A stretch of 45,973 bases of DNA, from assembly GCA_964461635.1 (NCBI GenBank), contig CAYWVC010000004.1, forward strand, positions 1-45,973, read 5' to 3'. This document shows, in pieces, positions 1 to 10,628 of this stretch. Position 1 is the stretch's first letter; each line of letters begins with the position of its first letter. The notes under the pieces are model-generated. The model did no database searches. It had not been told where the DNA came from and worked only from the letters and a program-made list of their open reading frames with translations. The position numbers and the translations under genes were made by a program. The stretch is from an uncultured Lachnospiraceae bacterium. Its GTDB lineage: Bacteria > Bacillota > Clostridia > Oscillospirales > CAG-272.

Positions 1-792
1 TTATTCCCCGTCCACGATCGTGCGAAGCTTGGATACGGCACGGTAAGCCCTCTCGTAGTACTGTTCCGGCGTAATATCGTCGTAATAGTGGCTGTTTTTC
101 TGAATGACCTCAAGCATCAGCGTTCCGGTAAAGCCCGAGTTGCGGATCTGCTCACCCACACGATAGAAATTGATCATTCCGTCAAACGGGATCATATGAA
201 GGTCGCCGTCGTATTTGCACATATTATCGTGGATATGCAGTGCGATCAGCTTATCCCCGAACAGCGGCATATACTGTCTGCCGGGGGTAAAGCAGGCCTC
301 GTGCCCCGTATCCCAGCAAAAGCCGACCTGCGGAAGCTTGCCGTATTGCTCAAAGGCAAAGGCGATATTGGCAAGCTTTCTTTGGTTCTCGAAGGCTATT
401 TTGACCCCAACCTCGCCGGCGTGATCGACAAGACGGTCGAAGCGCTCGTGCCCGATGTCGTTTATACACGGTGCATTTTCCTTGCTGCTGAGGTGCACGA
501 TCATTACGGGGACACCGTAATGGGCGCACGAATCAAGGCAATCGGTCAGAGTTTTCAGCATAGCGTCACCGCTCTCGCCGGGAGCCCAAATATCGTTTAT
601 GTGCTTAAAAGGCGCGTGGATCGTATCGTAGGTCATACCGGCACGGTCAATGGCATCCGCCAGCTTTCCGGCGTACTCATCGTCCTTGTATCCGGTGAAC
701 ACGCAGTCAAATCCCGCATCCCTGATATAGGGGACACATTCAAGCGCGTCGAAGCCGCGAAGGTTTCCGGTGTTGATACCGAGTTTTCTCAT
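1..792 (-). CDS. Sugar phosphate isomerase/epimerase family protein (AP endonuclease 2 / xylose isomerase-like TIM barrel)
   Basis: Metal-binding motifs IAFEN, CWDTGH, LHIHDN, LMLEV; stop codon at 1-3; start overlaps the upstream gene by 4 nt. Confidence 0.85.
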   Translation of the reverse strand: MRKLGINTGNLRGFDALECVPYIRDAGFDCVFTGYKDDEYAGKLADAIDRAGMTYDTIHAPFKHINDIWAPGESGDAMLKTLTDCLDSCAHYGVPVMIVHLSSKENAPCINDIGHERFDRLVDHAGEVGVKIAFENQRKLANIAFAFEQYGKLPQVGFCWDTGHEACFTPGRQYMPLFGDKLIALHIHDNMCKYDGDLHMIPFDGMINFYRVGEQIRNSGFTGTLMLEVIQKNSHYYDDITPEQYYERAYRAVSKLRTIVDGE

Positions 793-1934
793 CTTTCATT
801 TACCTCTTTATCGTTAATGTTTTTTTGATCCTGCTTTATATTCGGGAACATCCCGGAACGTATGAGCTTTCTTATTAGCTGAGTCAGCTCACGGAACACA
901 AGCTCGCGCTTTGCGGGCTCTATTTTGGTGAGCGAACGCCAAAGAAGGAGCTTATCGGTATTAAAGTCGGTCAAGGTGTGCGCATTATCCGCCGTTGCAA
1001 TGTCGTATATCGCATCGGTGATCGCGCGGCGGGTATCAAGATCCTTCTCATTGATCCATTCGTTAAGGGCACGGCTCATTTCGGTTGCCTTCTTGGTCAT
1101 TTCCGAGCGGCGGATAAAATGCCGCCCGCGCACCTGCCAAAGGTAACAGTTATGCTGTACGACACCCGATCCCTCACTGCTGATCACCGAAAAATTGCCG
1201 TCGTTTGTCAACAGCATTCCCACGATCGATTCCTGCGGAACGAGCTTCAGCACTCTGTCCTTTATCGCAAGGTAAGGCTCCGACTCAAGAAAGCCCGCGG
1301 AAAATCCGGGACCGTCGTTATTGTAGACCCGCGATATTCGATCCCTTATATCAGATCCGCAACGTGCCGCGGCATAAACCGCCAGATTTCCGCCCTTGCT
1401 ATGACCGCCTATACGGACCGTTGAAGCGGGAAACGCTTGTCCGACTTGATTGAGATACCCAACCGCGCTCTTTTGGCAGGGCACCTCGTCGGAGAACGCC
1501 ATATTGAGGTCCTCCTTCCACCCGACAAGGGTGTCGTCGGTCCCTTTGAATACCACAAACACCGTGCCGTCGTTCAGCACGGCGGTATAAGCCGAAAATT
1601 GCTCCTGACGGTCATAATTAAGCTGATTGACGTAACCGTACAGCTTCGCATCGCGAAACCTTCGGCTTTTTGCCATAAGCGTAACCGTCCGCCGTATGTC
1701 TGCACCGGGAATGATCGCGCCGTAGCTCTTCTTAATATCGTCCCGCTTCCTGAAGAAAAGGTCAACGGCATCCGCCAAGGCGATCCCTTGATCGGGCAAA
1801 AGCCCGTCGGAAATTATACCGCGCATATTAAGAAAGCTGACGAACGAAAGCAAGGCAGCGTCAACCTCGTTCACCCCGGACTGCACAAACGTCAGGTCAC
1901 CTCTCCAAAGAAGATAATCGTTCATATTCGCCAT
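789..1934 (-). CDS. DUF2974 (Mbeg1-like) alpha/beta hydrolase, putative lipase
   Basis: DYLLWRGDLTF N-terminus, FKGTDDTLVGWKED, nucleophile elbow GHSKGG, NNDGPGF; GGAGG/GGAGA RBS upstream. Confidence 0.85.
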   Translation of the reverse strand: MANMNDYLLWRGDLTFVQSGVNEVDAALLSFVSFLNMRGIISDGLLPDQGIALADAVDLFFRKRDDIKKSYGAIIPGADIRRTVTLMAKSRRFRDAKLYGYVNQLNYDRQEQFSAYTAVLNDGTVFVVFKGTDDTLVGWKEDLNMAFSDEVPCQKSAVGYLNQVGQAFPASTVRIGGHSKGGNLAVYAAARCGSDIRDRISRVYNNDGPGFSAGFLESEPYLAIKDRVLKLVPQESIVGMLLTNDGNFSVISSEGSGVVQHNCYLWQVRGRHFIRRSEMTKKATEMSRALNEWINEKDLDTRRAITDAIYDIATADNAHTLTDFNTDKLLLWRSLTKIEPAKRELVFRELTQLIRKLIRSGMFPNIKQDQKNINDKEVNER

Positions 1935-1965
1935 AGCATATCTCCTCCGTTACGATCCTTCGGCG

Positions 1966-3120
1966 TTAGATTCGGTCAAGGCAACTCAAGACCTCGTCCC
2001 GAGCACATCGGGCAGTGCCGCGTATCATCTCCGCCGAGCCGCCGCCGCGTCCGTTCAAGACACCGTTGACAGTCCCTGTCAGGGCGCGAAGATCGCGGCT
2101 CCTGCTGACCATACAGTATCGGTAATCCCCGTCGCTCCCCGAAAACACCGCACATATTCCGCCGCATTTCTCAGCGGCGGCAATAGCAAACCGCATAAGC
2201 GTATCGGCGTCAAGACCGTCCTCGATCAGGCAAATATTGCCGTCGGTGCGTTCAAGCGAAGCGACCCGCAATGCAAGCAGCCCGTCACGCAAGCGTGCAC
2301 AGCGCGCACGGCATTCGGCGTATTCGCTCTCCAAGTGCTCAACCGCCTCATCTATGCTTTCCTGCGGTGACGAAAGTCTTACCGCTATATTCCGCACGGT
2401 TTCATATCTTCTGCGGTAATCGTCAAGGGCGTCAAGCCCGCATTGCAGGTGGACTCGAACTCCCCCCTTATATTTGACCGAATCAAGTATCTTTATCATT
2501 CCTATCTCGCCCGTACGCGACAGATGAGGCGCACAGCAGGCACAAACGTCAAAGCCCTCCACGGTAACGATCCTTATCTGACCCGACAACTTTTTCTTGC
2601 TGCGGTAGGAGACAGTCGCAAGCTCGGACTCGGACGGAAAGGTCGCAATAATTCGCATATTACGCACGACAGCCAGATTTGCCTCCGTCTCCACGGCAGA
2701 AAGTGCATCACGGTCAAGAAATCCGTCGTAGTCTACCGTGATATCCTCGCTGCCCATATGGAAGCCCACGTTGTTCAGCCCGAAGGTGCGGTTAACTATC
2801 CCCGAAACGATATGCTCCCCCCCGTGCCCCTGCATAAGGCGCAAGCGACGCATCCAATCTATCTTTGCCGTCACGCGCTCACCGACCGTCAAGGGTGCGT
2901 CGGTAATATGAAGGATCTCGCCGTCGATCTCCTGCGTGTCGACCGCACGGGCACTTCCGATACTGCCCACGTCACCGGGTTGTCCCCCGCCCTCTGGGAA
3001 AAACACGGTAGATTCGAGGGTGACCGCATATTTCCCGTCGGCATACGGCCGACAGGAGGTCACCTCGGTATCCGTACACTGAGCGTAGCTGTCTTCATAA
3101 TAGATGCGACGGGTGGTCAT
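1966..3120 (-). CDS. Free-standing alanyl-tRNA editing protein (AlaX-like) with C-terminal DHHA1 domain
   Basis: FFPEGGGQPGD, HxxxH (HGGEH), CxxxH (CCAPH), C-terminal GRGGG. Confidence 0.85.
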   Translation of the reverse strand: MTTRRIYYEDSYAQCTDTEVTSCRPYADGKYAVTLESTVFFPEGGGQPGDVGSIGSARAVDTQEIDGEILHITDAPLTVGERVTAKIDWMRRLRLMQGHGGEHIVSGIVNRTFGLNNVGFHMGSEDITVDYDGFLDRDALSAVETEANLAVVRNMRIIATFPSESELATVSYRSKKKLSGQIRIVTVEGFDVCACCAPHLSRTGEIGMIKILDSVKYKGGVRVHLQCGLDALDDYRRRYETVRNIAVRLSSPQESIDEAVEHLESEYAECRARCARLRDGLLALRVASLERTDGNICLIEDGLDADTLMRFAIAAAEKCGGICAVFSGSDGDYRYCMVSRSRDLRALTGTVNGVLNGRGGGSAEMIRGTARCARDEVLSCLDRI

Positions 3121-3956
3121 AGCTTCTTATAACGCTTACCCGTTTCGTTGAGGTAAGTGCTCATCGGCATCACCCAATCCGTCTGTATGATATCAAAGCC
3201 GTTATCAGCCAACCAGCCCCAGCCGAGCGACGGGTCGTTGATCAGCGAAGCATCATCTGAATGCCCCGCGGCAAGCGGCACACGGTAATTATACAGTATA
3301 GCGTTGCCCCACAGCAGATAGCCCTCGTCCTTAAGTCTTTGACGGAATTCAGCCGTGCCTACCTCGCAGGTCTCGGTGAAGAAGACGAGCTCTGCGCCGA
3401 CGTAGTTGATCTTTTTCTTCTTAAGCTGCTCGTGTACCTCGCCGCAAACGTTCTTGTAAATCGGCATAAACATTATCTCGGGAGCATATTCCTCAAGCAC
3501 GTCGGCAACGTGGGGCTTGGGAGCCGACTTCACGACGATCTGATCCTGTATCCCGTGTCGGCGTATCGCCTGCGATATTTCCTTCGGGAAATCCCAAAAC
3601 TTATCTACGTTGATATAGCATCTGCCCTTAAAGGCTTCACAAACCTCATCAAAGGTACAAAGGGTCCATTCGGTCTGCGTGCGGTCGTAATTGACGTAAC
3701 GGAGAACCCTTCTTATCTCGTCAAGAGTGTAGTCGCGTATACTGCCGCAAAATCCGAGGTGATCGCGCTCCTCCTTCGGGTGGAATATAACGAGCTGACC
3801 GTCGGCGGTCATATTGAGGTCCACCTCGATCATATCCGCTCCGTGCTTTACCGCTATCTCGTAGGCGGGCATAGTGTTGCACGGTATATTTCCGCCGGCA
3901 GATCCGCGATGCGCGGCGATGATTATTTTATCCTTACAAGCCTTAATAAGATCCAT
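3117..3956 (-). CDS. Glycerophosphodiester phosphodiesterase family protein
   Basis: AAHRG, NT...A, IEVD...TADG..VIFH, C-terminal IIQTD. Confidence 0.85.
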   Translation of the reverse strand: MDLIKACKDKIIIAAHRGSAGGNIPCNTMPAYEIAVKHGADMIEVDLNMTADGQLVIFHPKEERDHLGFCGSIRDYTLDEIRRVLRYVNYDRTQTEWTLCTFDEVCEAFKGRCYINVDKFWDFPKEISQAIRRHGIQDQIVVKSAPKPHVADVLEEYAPEIMFMPIYKNVCGEVHEQLKKKKINYVGAELVFFTETCEVGTAEFRQRLKDEGYLLWGNAILYNYRVPLAAGHSDDASLINDPSLGWGWLADNGFDIIQTDWVMPMSTYLNETGKRYKKL

Positions 3957-5184
3957 TTCGGTTCCCCTTCTCTATTTTCGTTACTTTGTTTACAATGCCG
4001 AGCAAGATCTCGACAACGGTATCCATTCCCTCTGCGGTGGCGTGCTCGTACGGTCCGTGGCAGGCGTAGCCCCCGGTGCCGAGGTTGGGACAAGGAAGTC
4101 CCATAAACGACAAACGCGCACCGTCGGTCCCGCCCCTTATAGGCTCTGTTATCGGCTCAATGCCGACGTCGCGAGTCGCATCGCAGGCAATATCGACAAC
4201 GTACATACAGGGCTCGATCTTCTCCCGCATATTCCTGTATTGCTCGCGCAATTCCAGCACTGCGGTGTCGGCACCGTATTTTTCGTTAATCAGCTTTTCA
4301 ATATGGCGAAGCGTCTCAAGCTTTGCCTCAAATCTTCCCGCACCGTGATCGCGGACGATGTAATCAAGCCTTGCGTGAGAACAGTCACCGCTCATATCGC
4401 AAAGGTGATAGAAGCCCTCGTAGCCCTCGGTGTCCCTCGGAGTTTCACCCGACGGAAGCATTGAATTTATCTCGCACGCAACAAGCGCGGCGTTTATCAT
4501 CTTCCCCTTCGCGCTTCCGGGATGGATATTGAAGCCCTTGACCTCAAAGCTTGCGGAGGCGGCGTTAAAGTTCTCGTATACGACCTCGCCCTCCGCACAG
4601 CCGTCAACCGTATAAGCGAAATCCGCGCCGAAGCGAGCAACGTCAAAGTGATCGGCACCACGCCCGATCTCCTCATCGGGGGTAAAACCGATACATATTC
4701 TTCCGTGCGGAACGTCGCCGCGCGTCAAGCGCTCGACAAGAGTAAGTATCTCGGCAACGCCCGCCTTATCGTCGGCTCCGAGCACGGTATCGCCCGACGC
4801 GGTGATAAGAGTTCGTCCCTCAAACGCCTTTAGGTGCGGAAAAATCTCGGGTGACAACGATATTCCGTGACCTATCTCAAGTACCCCGCCGTCATAATTC
4901 GGAAAAACACGCGGGACGACGTTTTCCCCGGAGAAATCCGGTACCGTGTCCATATGCGCGATAAATCCGACTGTCGGCACGTTCTCGCACCCCGCCGTCG
5001 CGTTGATCGCGGCGTAAACGTAGCATTTACCGTCGCAGTACGCCTCTATTCCGAGGTCGTTAAGCTCCTCGACAAGCACCCGCGCAAGCGAAAACTGACG
5101 CTCCGACGACGGCACCGAGGTCGAATCCTCACAGCTCATCGTGCCTATCCGCACGTATTTAAGAAATCTTTCGTATGCTCTCAT
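3943..5184 (-). CDS. pepT: Peptidase T (M20B tripeptidase)
   Basis: ERFLKYV, GFIAHMDT, LGADDKAG, FTPDEEIGRG, IRGGTDG. Confidence 0.95.
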   Translation of the reverse strand: MRAYERFLKYVRIGTMSCEDSTSVPSSERQFSLARVLVEELNDLGIEAYCDGKCYVYAAINATAGCENVPTVGFIAHMDTVPDFSGENVVPRVFPNYDGGVLEIGHGISLSPEIFPHLKAFEGRTLITASGDTVLGADDKAGVAEILTLVERLTRGDVPHGRICIGFTPDEEIGRGADHFDVARFGADFAYTVDGCAEGEVVYENFNAASASFEVKGFNIHPGSAKGKMINAALVACEINSMLPSGETPRDTEGYEGFYHLCDMSGDCSHARLDYIVRDHGAGRFEAKLETLRHIEKLINEKYGADTAVLELREQYRNMREKIEPCMYVVDIACDATRDVGIEPITEPIRGGTDGARLSFMGLPCPNLGTGGYACHGPYEHATAEGMDTVVEILLGIVNKVTKIEKGNRNGSY

Positions 5185-5255
5185 ATTTTTTCCTCTTCGG
5201 ACAGTTTTTTACGTAGATATTTTATCACATATCCGCCGATTTAGCAACAGGCTTA

Positions 5256-5284
5256 TTGATTTTTCCGAACTTTTATGATATCAT
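5256..5284 (+). promoter_or_regulatory. sigmaA-type promoter for PAP2 gene
   Basis: TTGATT-17 nt-TATCAT with extended TG. Confidence 0.55.
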
Positions 5285-5305
5285 TAAAAGGCGCAGGAGG
5301 TGCTT

Positions 5306-6238
5306 ATGAAAGTCCTTTATTTTTTTGAGTCGATCCGAAACCCGGTGCTGAACGTAATAATGTCCGTGTTTACCTTTCTCGGGAGCGAAGTCGCCTTCCT
5401 CGTCTTCGCTATGGCGGTTTATTGGTGCGTGGACAAGCGAAACGGTATGTTCGTTATGACCGTAGGCTACGTGGGAGTAATAATCAATCAAATGCTGAAG
5501 ATCATTTTTATGATCCCGCGTCCGTGGGTGATCGACGAGAGCTTCACGATCGTTGAATCGGCAAGAGCCGACGCCACGGGATACTCTTTCCCGAGCGGTC
5601 ATACGCAAAACGCCGTCGGGACCTACGGCAGTATCGCAAGGTTCTTGAAAAAGCGTTGGTCAACGGTTGCCGCGATCGCCTTGACTCTCGGTGTTGCAAT
5701 TTCACGTATGTATCTCGGTGTCCACACTCCGCTTGACGTCGGAGTTTCGTTACTCATCGGCACGGTGCTCGTATTTGCGCTCTATCCGCTCTTTAAGCTT
5801 GCCGAGCGCAAGCCGAACCTCATATACCTCATTCTCGGCATATTCGTGCTCACGTCGGTCGCCTTTTTGATCTTTTCGGTCTGCCATACCTTTCCGGACG
5901 ATATTGATGCCGAAAACCTTTTGAGTATGCAAAAGACCGCATACACGCTCGTCGGCGCAACGCTCGGCGCGTTCGTGTTCTACCCCCTTGAGGACAAGCT
6001 CATAAAATTTGAGGTCAAGGCTCCCCTGCCCGTCCAATTCATAAAGGTCGCAGTCGGAGGTGCCATAGTAATGGCGGTCAAGACCCTGCTGAAGTACCTT
6101 TTTATCTTCATCGGCGGCGGGAGCGAACCGCTGTGGCTCCGCGGTGTGCGGTATTTTGCCGTAGTTGCCGCCGCAGTCGCAATAGCACCGCTTGCCTTCA
6201 AGCTGATAAGCAAACTCTCAAAGAAAAAAGAAAATTAA
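5306..6238 (+). CDS. PAP2 family membrane phosphatase
   Basis: Motifs K-x6-RP, SFPSGH, SRMYLGVH; many TM segments; start moved to ATG 5306 after AGGAGG. Confidence 0.88.
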   Translation: MKVLYFFESIRNPVLNVIMSVFTFLGSEVAFLVFAMAVYWCVDKRNGMFVMTVGYVGVIINQMLKIIFMIPRPWVIDESFTIVESARADATGYSFPSGHTQNAVGTYGSIARFLKKRWSTVAAIALTLGVAISRMYLGVHTPLDVGVSLLIGTVLVFALYPLFKLAERKPNLIYLILGIFVLTSVAFLIFSVCHTFPDDIDAENLLSMQKTAYTLVGATLGAFVFYPLEDKLIKFEVKAPLPVQFIKVAVGGAIVMAVKTLLKYLFIFIGGGSEPLWLRGVRYFAVVAAAVAIAPLAFKLISKLSKKKEN

Positions 6239-6258
6239 GGCAATACCGAATTGCAAAA

Positions 6259-6294
6259 ATCACGGCTGTCCCGACTCATCGGGACAGCCGTGAT
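6259..6294. terminator. Perfect 16-bp inverted repeat, probable terminator between convergent genes
   Basis: ATCACGGCTGTCCCGA-CTCA-TCGGGACAGCCGTGAT. Confidence 0.7.
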
Positions 6295-6311
6295 GCTATA
6301 TTAGCGCAAAT

Positions 6312-6427
6312 AGCCTTCTCCTGCGGGAGAAGGGGGACCGCGGCAGCGGTGGATGAGGAGTGACTTTTATGTGAATGACACCTCATCCGTCAGACTTCGG
6401 CTGCCACCTTCCCCCACCGGGGAAGGC
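6312..6427. repeat. Multi-hairpin REP/MITE-like intergenic repeat, copy 1
   Basis: Near-identical to 20798-20914; terminal hairpins CCTTCTCC/GGAGAAGG and CCTTCCCC/GGGGAAGG; central stem GGATGAGG/CCTCATCC. Confidence 0.85.
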
Positions 6428-6515
6428 AATCTCCAAGTGATGTTTTCGCCAAGCGTGTAGCCCCGGCGCGTGAAATACTGTGAGGCGGCTTTCTCAAGTC
6501 ACCGTCACAATCCGA

Positions 6516-7814
6516 TCATGATTCATTTTCGTTAAATATGTGTACCGCGTAGCTGACCTCGTCGATGTCGGCTCCGAGCGATCTGAAATTCTGTACGATA
6601 TTCGAATATCCCCTTTGGATAAGGTCGGTATTGGAGATGACGGTCCGCCCCTCGGCAACAAGTCCCGCGATCACGACCGCCGCCCCCGCACGAAGATCGA
6701 CCGCCTGAACGTTAGCTCCCACAAGCCGGTTTACCCCCGCGATACGCGCGGTCTTGCCGTTCACGTTTATCACGGCACCGAGCTTTCTGAGCTCCTCAAC
6801 GTACTTAAAGCGCGTATCGAAAATAGTCTCCTGAACCTCACTGACTCCGTCACAGACGGTCATAAGGGCAGAAAACTGCGGATGCATATCGGTCGGGAAG
6901 CCCGGATACGGCAGAGTCTTCACCTTCGCCGCGCGAAGGCGCCCGTCCGCCGTTACCGTTATCGCGTCATCCTCTTCTTCGACGGTCGCGCCCATCTCGG
7001 CAAGCTTGGATGATATTATATCCATATGCTTCGGGATAACGTTCGTCACCCTTACGCGCCCGCCGGTAGCCGCCACTGCCGCCATATAGGTTCCCGCCTC
7101 AATCATATCGGGAATAATGCTGTAACAGGAGCATCCGTGGAGCTCATCCACCCCGCGTATCTTTATGGTATCGGTCCCGGCACCCGATATATTCGCACCG
7201 CAGGTGTTAAGGAAGTTTGCCACGTCGACTATGTGGGGCTCCCTTGCCGCCCCCTCAAGCACGGTGACCCCCTTGGCCTTGACCGCTGCGATCATAGCAT
7301 TGATCGTGGCTCCCACCGACACGATGTCAAAATACACGGTCGTCCCCTTCAGACCGTCGGGCGCACTGCAGGTAACCCTGCTCTCATCCGTGACAACGTG
7401 CGCACCGAGGGTACGGAACGCCTTCTCGTGCTGATCTATCGGTCTGCTGCCGAAATTGCACCCGCCGGGAAGCGCAACGCTGGAGTAACCGAACCTGCCG
7501 AGCTCGGCACCCGCCAGATATATAGATCCGCGTATCTTCGACACCATATCGTCGGGAGCGCTCCCGGGTTGGAGCTTGGAGGAGTTGATCCTTACCGAGG
7601 TCTGAAAAAGATCGGTAAATTCCACCTCGGCACCCATCTCCCGAATAATCTCAAGAGCCATATAAACGTCGTTGACCGGCGGAATGTTTTCAATCGTACA
7701 TTCAGCCCCGGTAACGACGCTTGCAAACACTATTGGCAGTGCGGCATTTTTCATCCCGCTGATAGCTACAGTCCCGTTGAGCCGCCTTCCGCCGTTAATA
7801 ACAATTCTATCCAT
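6516..7814 (-). CDS. murA: UDP-N-acetylglucosamine 1-carboxyvinyltransferase
   Basis: SGMKNAALP, LPGGCNFGSRPID (catalytic Cys), PGFPTD, DLRAGA; start set to ATG 7814 (MDRIVING). Confidence 0.95.
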   Translation of the reverse strand: MDRIVINGGRRLNGTVAISGMKNAALPIVFASVVTGAECTIENIPPVNDVYMALEIIREMGAEVEFTDLFQTSVRINSSKLQPGSAPDDMVSKIRGSIYLAGAELGRFGYSSVALPGGCNFGSRPIDQHEKAFRTLGAHVVTDESRVTCSAPDGLKGTTVYFDIVSVGATINAMIAAVKAKGVTVLEGAAREPHIVDVANFLNTCGANISGAGTDTIKIRGVDELHGCSCYSIIPDMIEAGTYMAAVAATGGRVRVTNVIPKHMDIISSKLAEMGATVEEEDDAITVTADGRLRAAKVKTLPYPGFPTDMHPQFSALMTVCDGVSEVQETIFDTRFKYVEELRKLGAVINVNGKTARIAGVNRLVGANVQAVDLRAGAAVVIAGLVAEGRTVISNTDLIQRGYSNIVQNFRSLGADIDEVSYAVHIFNENES

Positions 7815-8018
7815 AAGCAAATTCCTTTGCACCGTTCATCATAGCATTATTATATCATAAAGTGACAAAAAAAGAAACCTTTTACGGGAAATATTTTTCA
7901 CAAATCATCTACCCGTATTTTATGCTCTTTCACCACAAGTCGTTACAGCTCCGTGCGACAATCTGCACAACCGGGTGCAAAACGGTTTGGTCTATCCGCC
8001 GAATATCCGTCGGATCAC

Positions 8019-8047
8019 TTGACTTTCCCTCCCCTATAAGGTAAAAT
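8019..8047 (+). promoter_or_regulatory. sigmaA-type promoter
   Basis: TTGACT-17 nt-TAAAAT upstream of AAGGAG RBS. Confidence 0.6.
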
Positions 8048-8078
8048 ATCCGTAACCATTGATCAAAGGAGAAACAAA

Positions 8079-9512
8079 ATGAAAAGAGTGCTTTCCGTCA
8101 TTGCCCTGTTGCTTGCGTCGATCATTCTGCTCTGCGCGTGCAACGTAACGACACCGCCGCAGGATACCGGCGCCCCCACGGGCAGTGATTCTTCATCCGA
8201 CAACACCGTTACGCCTTCAACAGGCGACGAAAATACACCCCCGGACGGACTTGTAACCGTCGTTGACAACAGCCGATCCGATTATAAGATAGTCAGGTCC
8301 GACTCGGCGTCAACGGTTATAAAGGATTCCTTAAATGAGTTGCGCGAAAGCTTCAAGTCGGTATTCGCGGTTGACACAACCAAGCAGTTGCTCCCCGCCA
8401 ACGATTGGACTGACAAACTCGGTGACGACGGATGCGTAAGGAACGATGACCGCGAGATACTTATCGGCAGTACCAACCGATACGAGACGAAGTACGTTCT
8501 CGATCAACTCACCACGGGTGAATACGCCGTAGCTCTCGTGGGCAGCAAGGTCGTTATCGTCGGCACCAACGACTACCTTTCCACCCTCGCAGTCTCACTC
8601 TTCATTGAAAAATATCTCGTCAACGACGGAAGCAACACCCTGAAGATAGCCGACGGCACGTTTGCAAAGGGTAAATCGGACGTCAGCACCATAGGCGATA
8701 CCGATGCCACCGTGCGCATTATGACCTACAATATTCTGAACACTTCGGGCCTTGACACTCGCGCGGCATACATAATCAACTCTGTAACCACTTACTCCCC
8801 CGGCATCGTATGCTTCCAGGAATGTGCCAACGGAAACTACGGAAAGGTGATTGCCAAGCTTAAAGAATACAACTACAAATCCGCGCACGACACACACGAG
8901 GGCACGACGACAAAGGTATACACCCCGATCGTATACCGCACCGACCTGTACCGTCTCGTTGAATCCGGGCAGGAATGGCTTGAAAAGAGATATACGAAAA
9001 CAAACACAAAGTGCATTGCCTGGGCAGTGTTTGAGGAGATAGCCTCCGGCAAGCAATTTGCCGTAATAAACATACACGTTTCGCTGTGGTCGCGCAACTA
9101 CGATCTGCCCGACGGCAAGACGCACGAAGATATGTTTGCGGAAGCGGCTCAATGGAAGGTCGACAATATGAACCAGATGAATGCGTGTATGAACACCATT
9201 CTTGAAAAATATCCGGACATTCCCTGCCTTTGGACCGGCGACTTTAACTTTGACTTAAACAACAAGGCTTACGCCGCGGTTATGAGCTTCGGAATGAAGG
9301 ACGCCGAATTCACGGCGACGGAAAGCCGCACGACGGGAATGCGCAGCTTCCACAATGCCGCAGGTCAAGCTCCGACTGCGGGAAACTCCATCGACCATAT
9401 TTTCGGAAATAAATACATTACCTTCCGCAATCATAAGATATGTATGACCGAAAGTGACATTTTGGGATCCGACCATTGCCCCGTCTACGCCGACGTAAAG
9501 CTCGGCAACTGA
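8079..9512 (+). CDS. Lipoprotein with C-terminal endonuclease/exonuclease/phosphatase (EEP) domain
   Basis: Signal peptide and lipobox LLCAC, T/P/S/D linker, MTYNI, FQE, GDFN, IDHIF, SDHCPV. Confidence 0.85.
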   Translation: MKRVLSVIALLLASIILLCACNVTTPPQDTGAPTGSDSSSDNTVTPSTGDENTPPDGLVTVVDNSRSDYKIVRSDSASTVIKDSLNELRESFKSVFAVDTTKQLLPANDWTDKLGDDGCVRNDDREILIGSTNRYETKYVLDQLTTGEYAVALVGSKVVIVGTNDYLSTLAVSLFIEKYLVNDGSNTLKIADGTFAKGKSDVSTIGDTDATVRIMTYNILNTSGLDTRAAYIINSVTTYSPGIVCFQECANGNYGKVIAKLKEYNYKSAHDTHEGTTTKVYTPIVYRTDLYRLVESGQEWLEKRYTKTNTKCIAWAVFEEIASGKQFAVINIHVSLWSRNYDLPDGKTHEDMFAEAAQWKVDNMNQMNACMNTILEKYPDIPCLWTGDFNFDLNNKAYAAVMSFGMKDAEFTATESRTTGMRSFHNAAGQAPTAGNSIDHIFGNKYITFRNHKICMTESDILGSDHCPVYADVKLGN

Positions 9513-9590
9513 CAGAAGGTCCAAAATCGAATAACAAATAAACTTGCCCACTCATATATTGGAATCAGAAATGCTTCCGGAGGTAAATAT

Positions 9591-10628
9591 ATGAGTGGGC
9601 ATACTTTCGCCAAAAAATACTTTTGTGCGGTCAACAGCGGAAAGGGATTTATGAGCTTTTACAACGATCTGATACGCAAAGCCGAGAGAATATTTATAAT
9701 AAAAGGCGGCCCCGGCACCGGCAAAAGCCGCTTTATGCACGAGGTCGCGTCGGCTGCAGAGCGTTGCGGGAAAACCGTGGATTACTATTACTGTTCCTCC
9801 GACAGTTCGTCACTCGACGCAATAATGACGGACGGTAAAACGCTTTTTCTCGACGGCACTTTCCCCCATTCGGTGGACACCGCCGCCCCGGGCGTTCGGG
9901 ATAACATTATAGACCTCGGCAGCTTTTGGGACGTGGCGGCACTGATAGGTCAGCGCAAGCGTATCGCCGATCTAAACCGAAAGAAATCATCCTGCTTTTG
10001 CCGTGCCTACGGCTATCTTTCAGCCGCCGCGGAAGCGGCAACGGTCGCCGATTCCATAACCGAGAGCTTCGTCATATCCGAAAAGCTCAGGCGCGCGGCG
10101 GCACGTGAGCTCTCCGCAATACCGGACGGCGAAGGTTTCGCTGTATCAAAGGTCGCACTGAGCTCGTTCGGAATGAACGGTTCCGTGACCCTCGACACCT
10201 TTGAACGCGTTGCCGCAAGATACGTCGGCATCGCAGACTTTAAGGGCACGGCGCATATATTTACTCAGGAGCTTTTAACTCTTGCCGAGAAAAAGCGGCT
10301 GAAGGTCACCGTCGCAGTGGATCCGCTGATACCCGAAAGGACGGAGGCGATCCTGATCGAGGGTCACGGTCTTGCCTTCGAAATCGGCGGTCACGGCGAA
10401 AAATGCATCAATATGAAGCGATTTATCGACCCCGTCGCCTGCCGCATCTGCCGCAACGAATACAAGCTCGCCGACACCCTCAGGGGCGCACTGACCGATG
10501 CCGCGCTCGCATCGCTCCAAGCCGCTTCGACCTATCATTTTGCCCTTGAAAAAATTTACGGCGAAGCTATGGACTTCGCCGCAAAAGAAGAATATACCAA
10601 TAATTTTATTTCCGAGTTATTCGGCTGA
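9591..10628 (+). CDS. Uncharacterised P-loop NTPase (PRK06851-like, single domain)
   Basis: NSGKGFMSFY, IKGGPGTGKS Walker A, CSSD..SLD, DGTFPH; GGAGG RBS. Confidence 0.75.
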   Translation: MSGHTFAKKYFCAVNSGKGFMSFYNDLIRKAERIFIIKGGPGTGKSRFMHEVASAAERCGKTVDYYYCSSDSSSLDAIMTDGKTLFLDGTFPHSVDTAAPGVRDNIIDLGSFWDVAALIGQRKRIADLNRKKSSCFCRAYGYLSAAAEAATVADSITESFVISEKLRRAAARELSAIPDGEGFAVSKVALSSFGMNGSVTLDTFERVAARYVGIADFKGTAHIFTQELLTLAEKKRLKVTVAVDPLIPERTEAILIEGHGLAFEIGGHGEKCINMKRFIDPVACRICRNEYKLADTLRGALTDAALASLQAASTYHFALEKIYGEAMDFAAKEEYTNNFISELFG

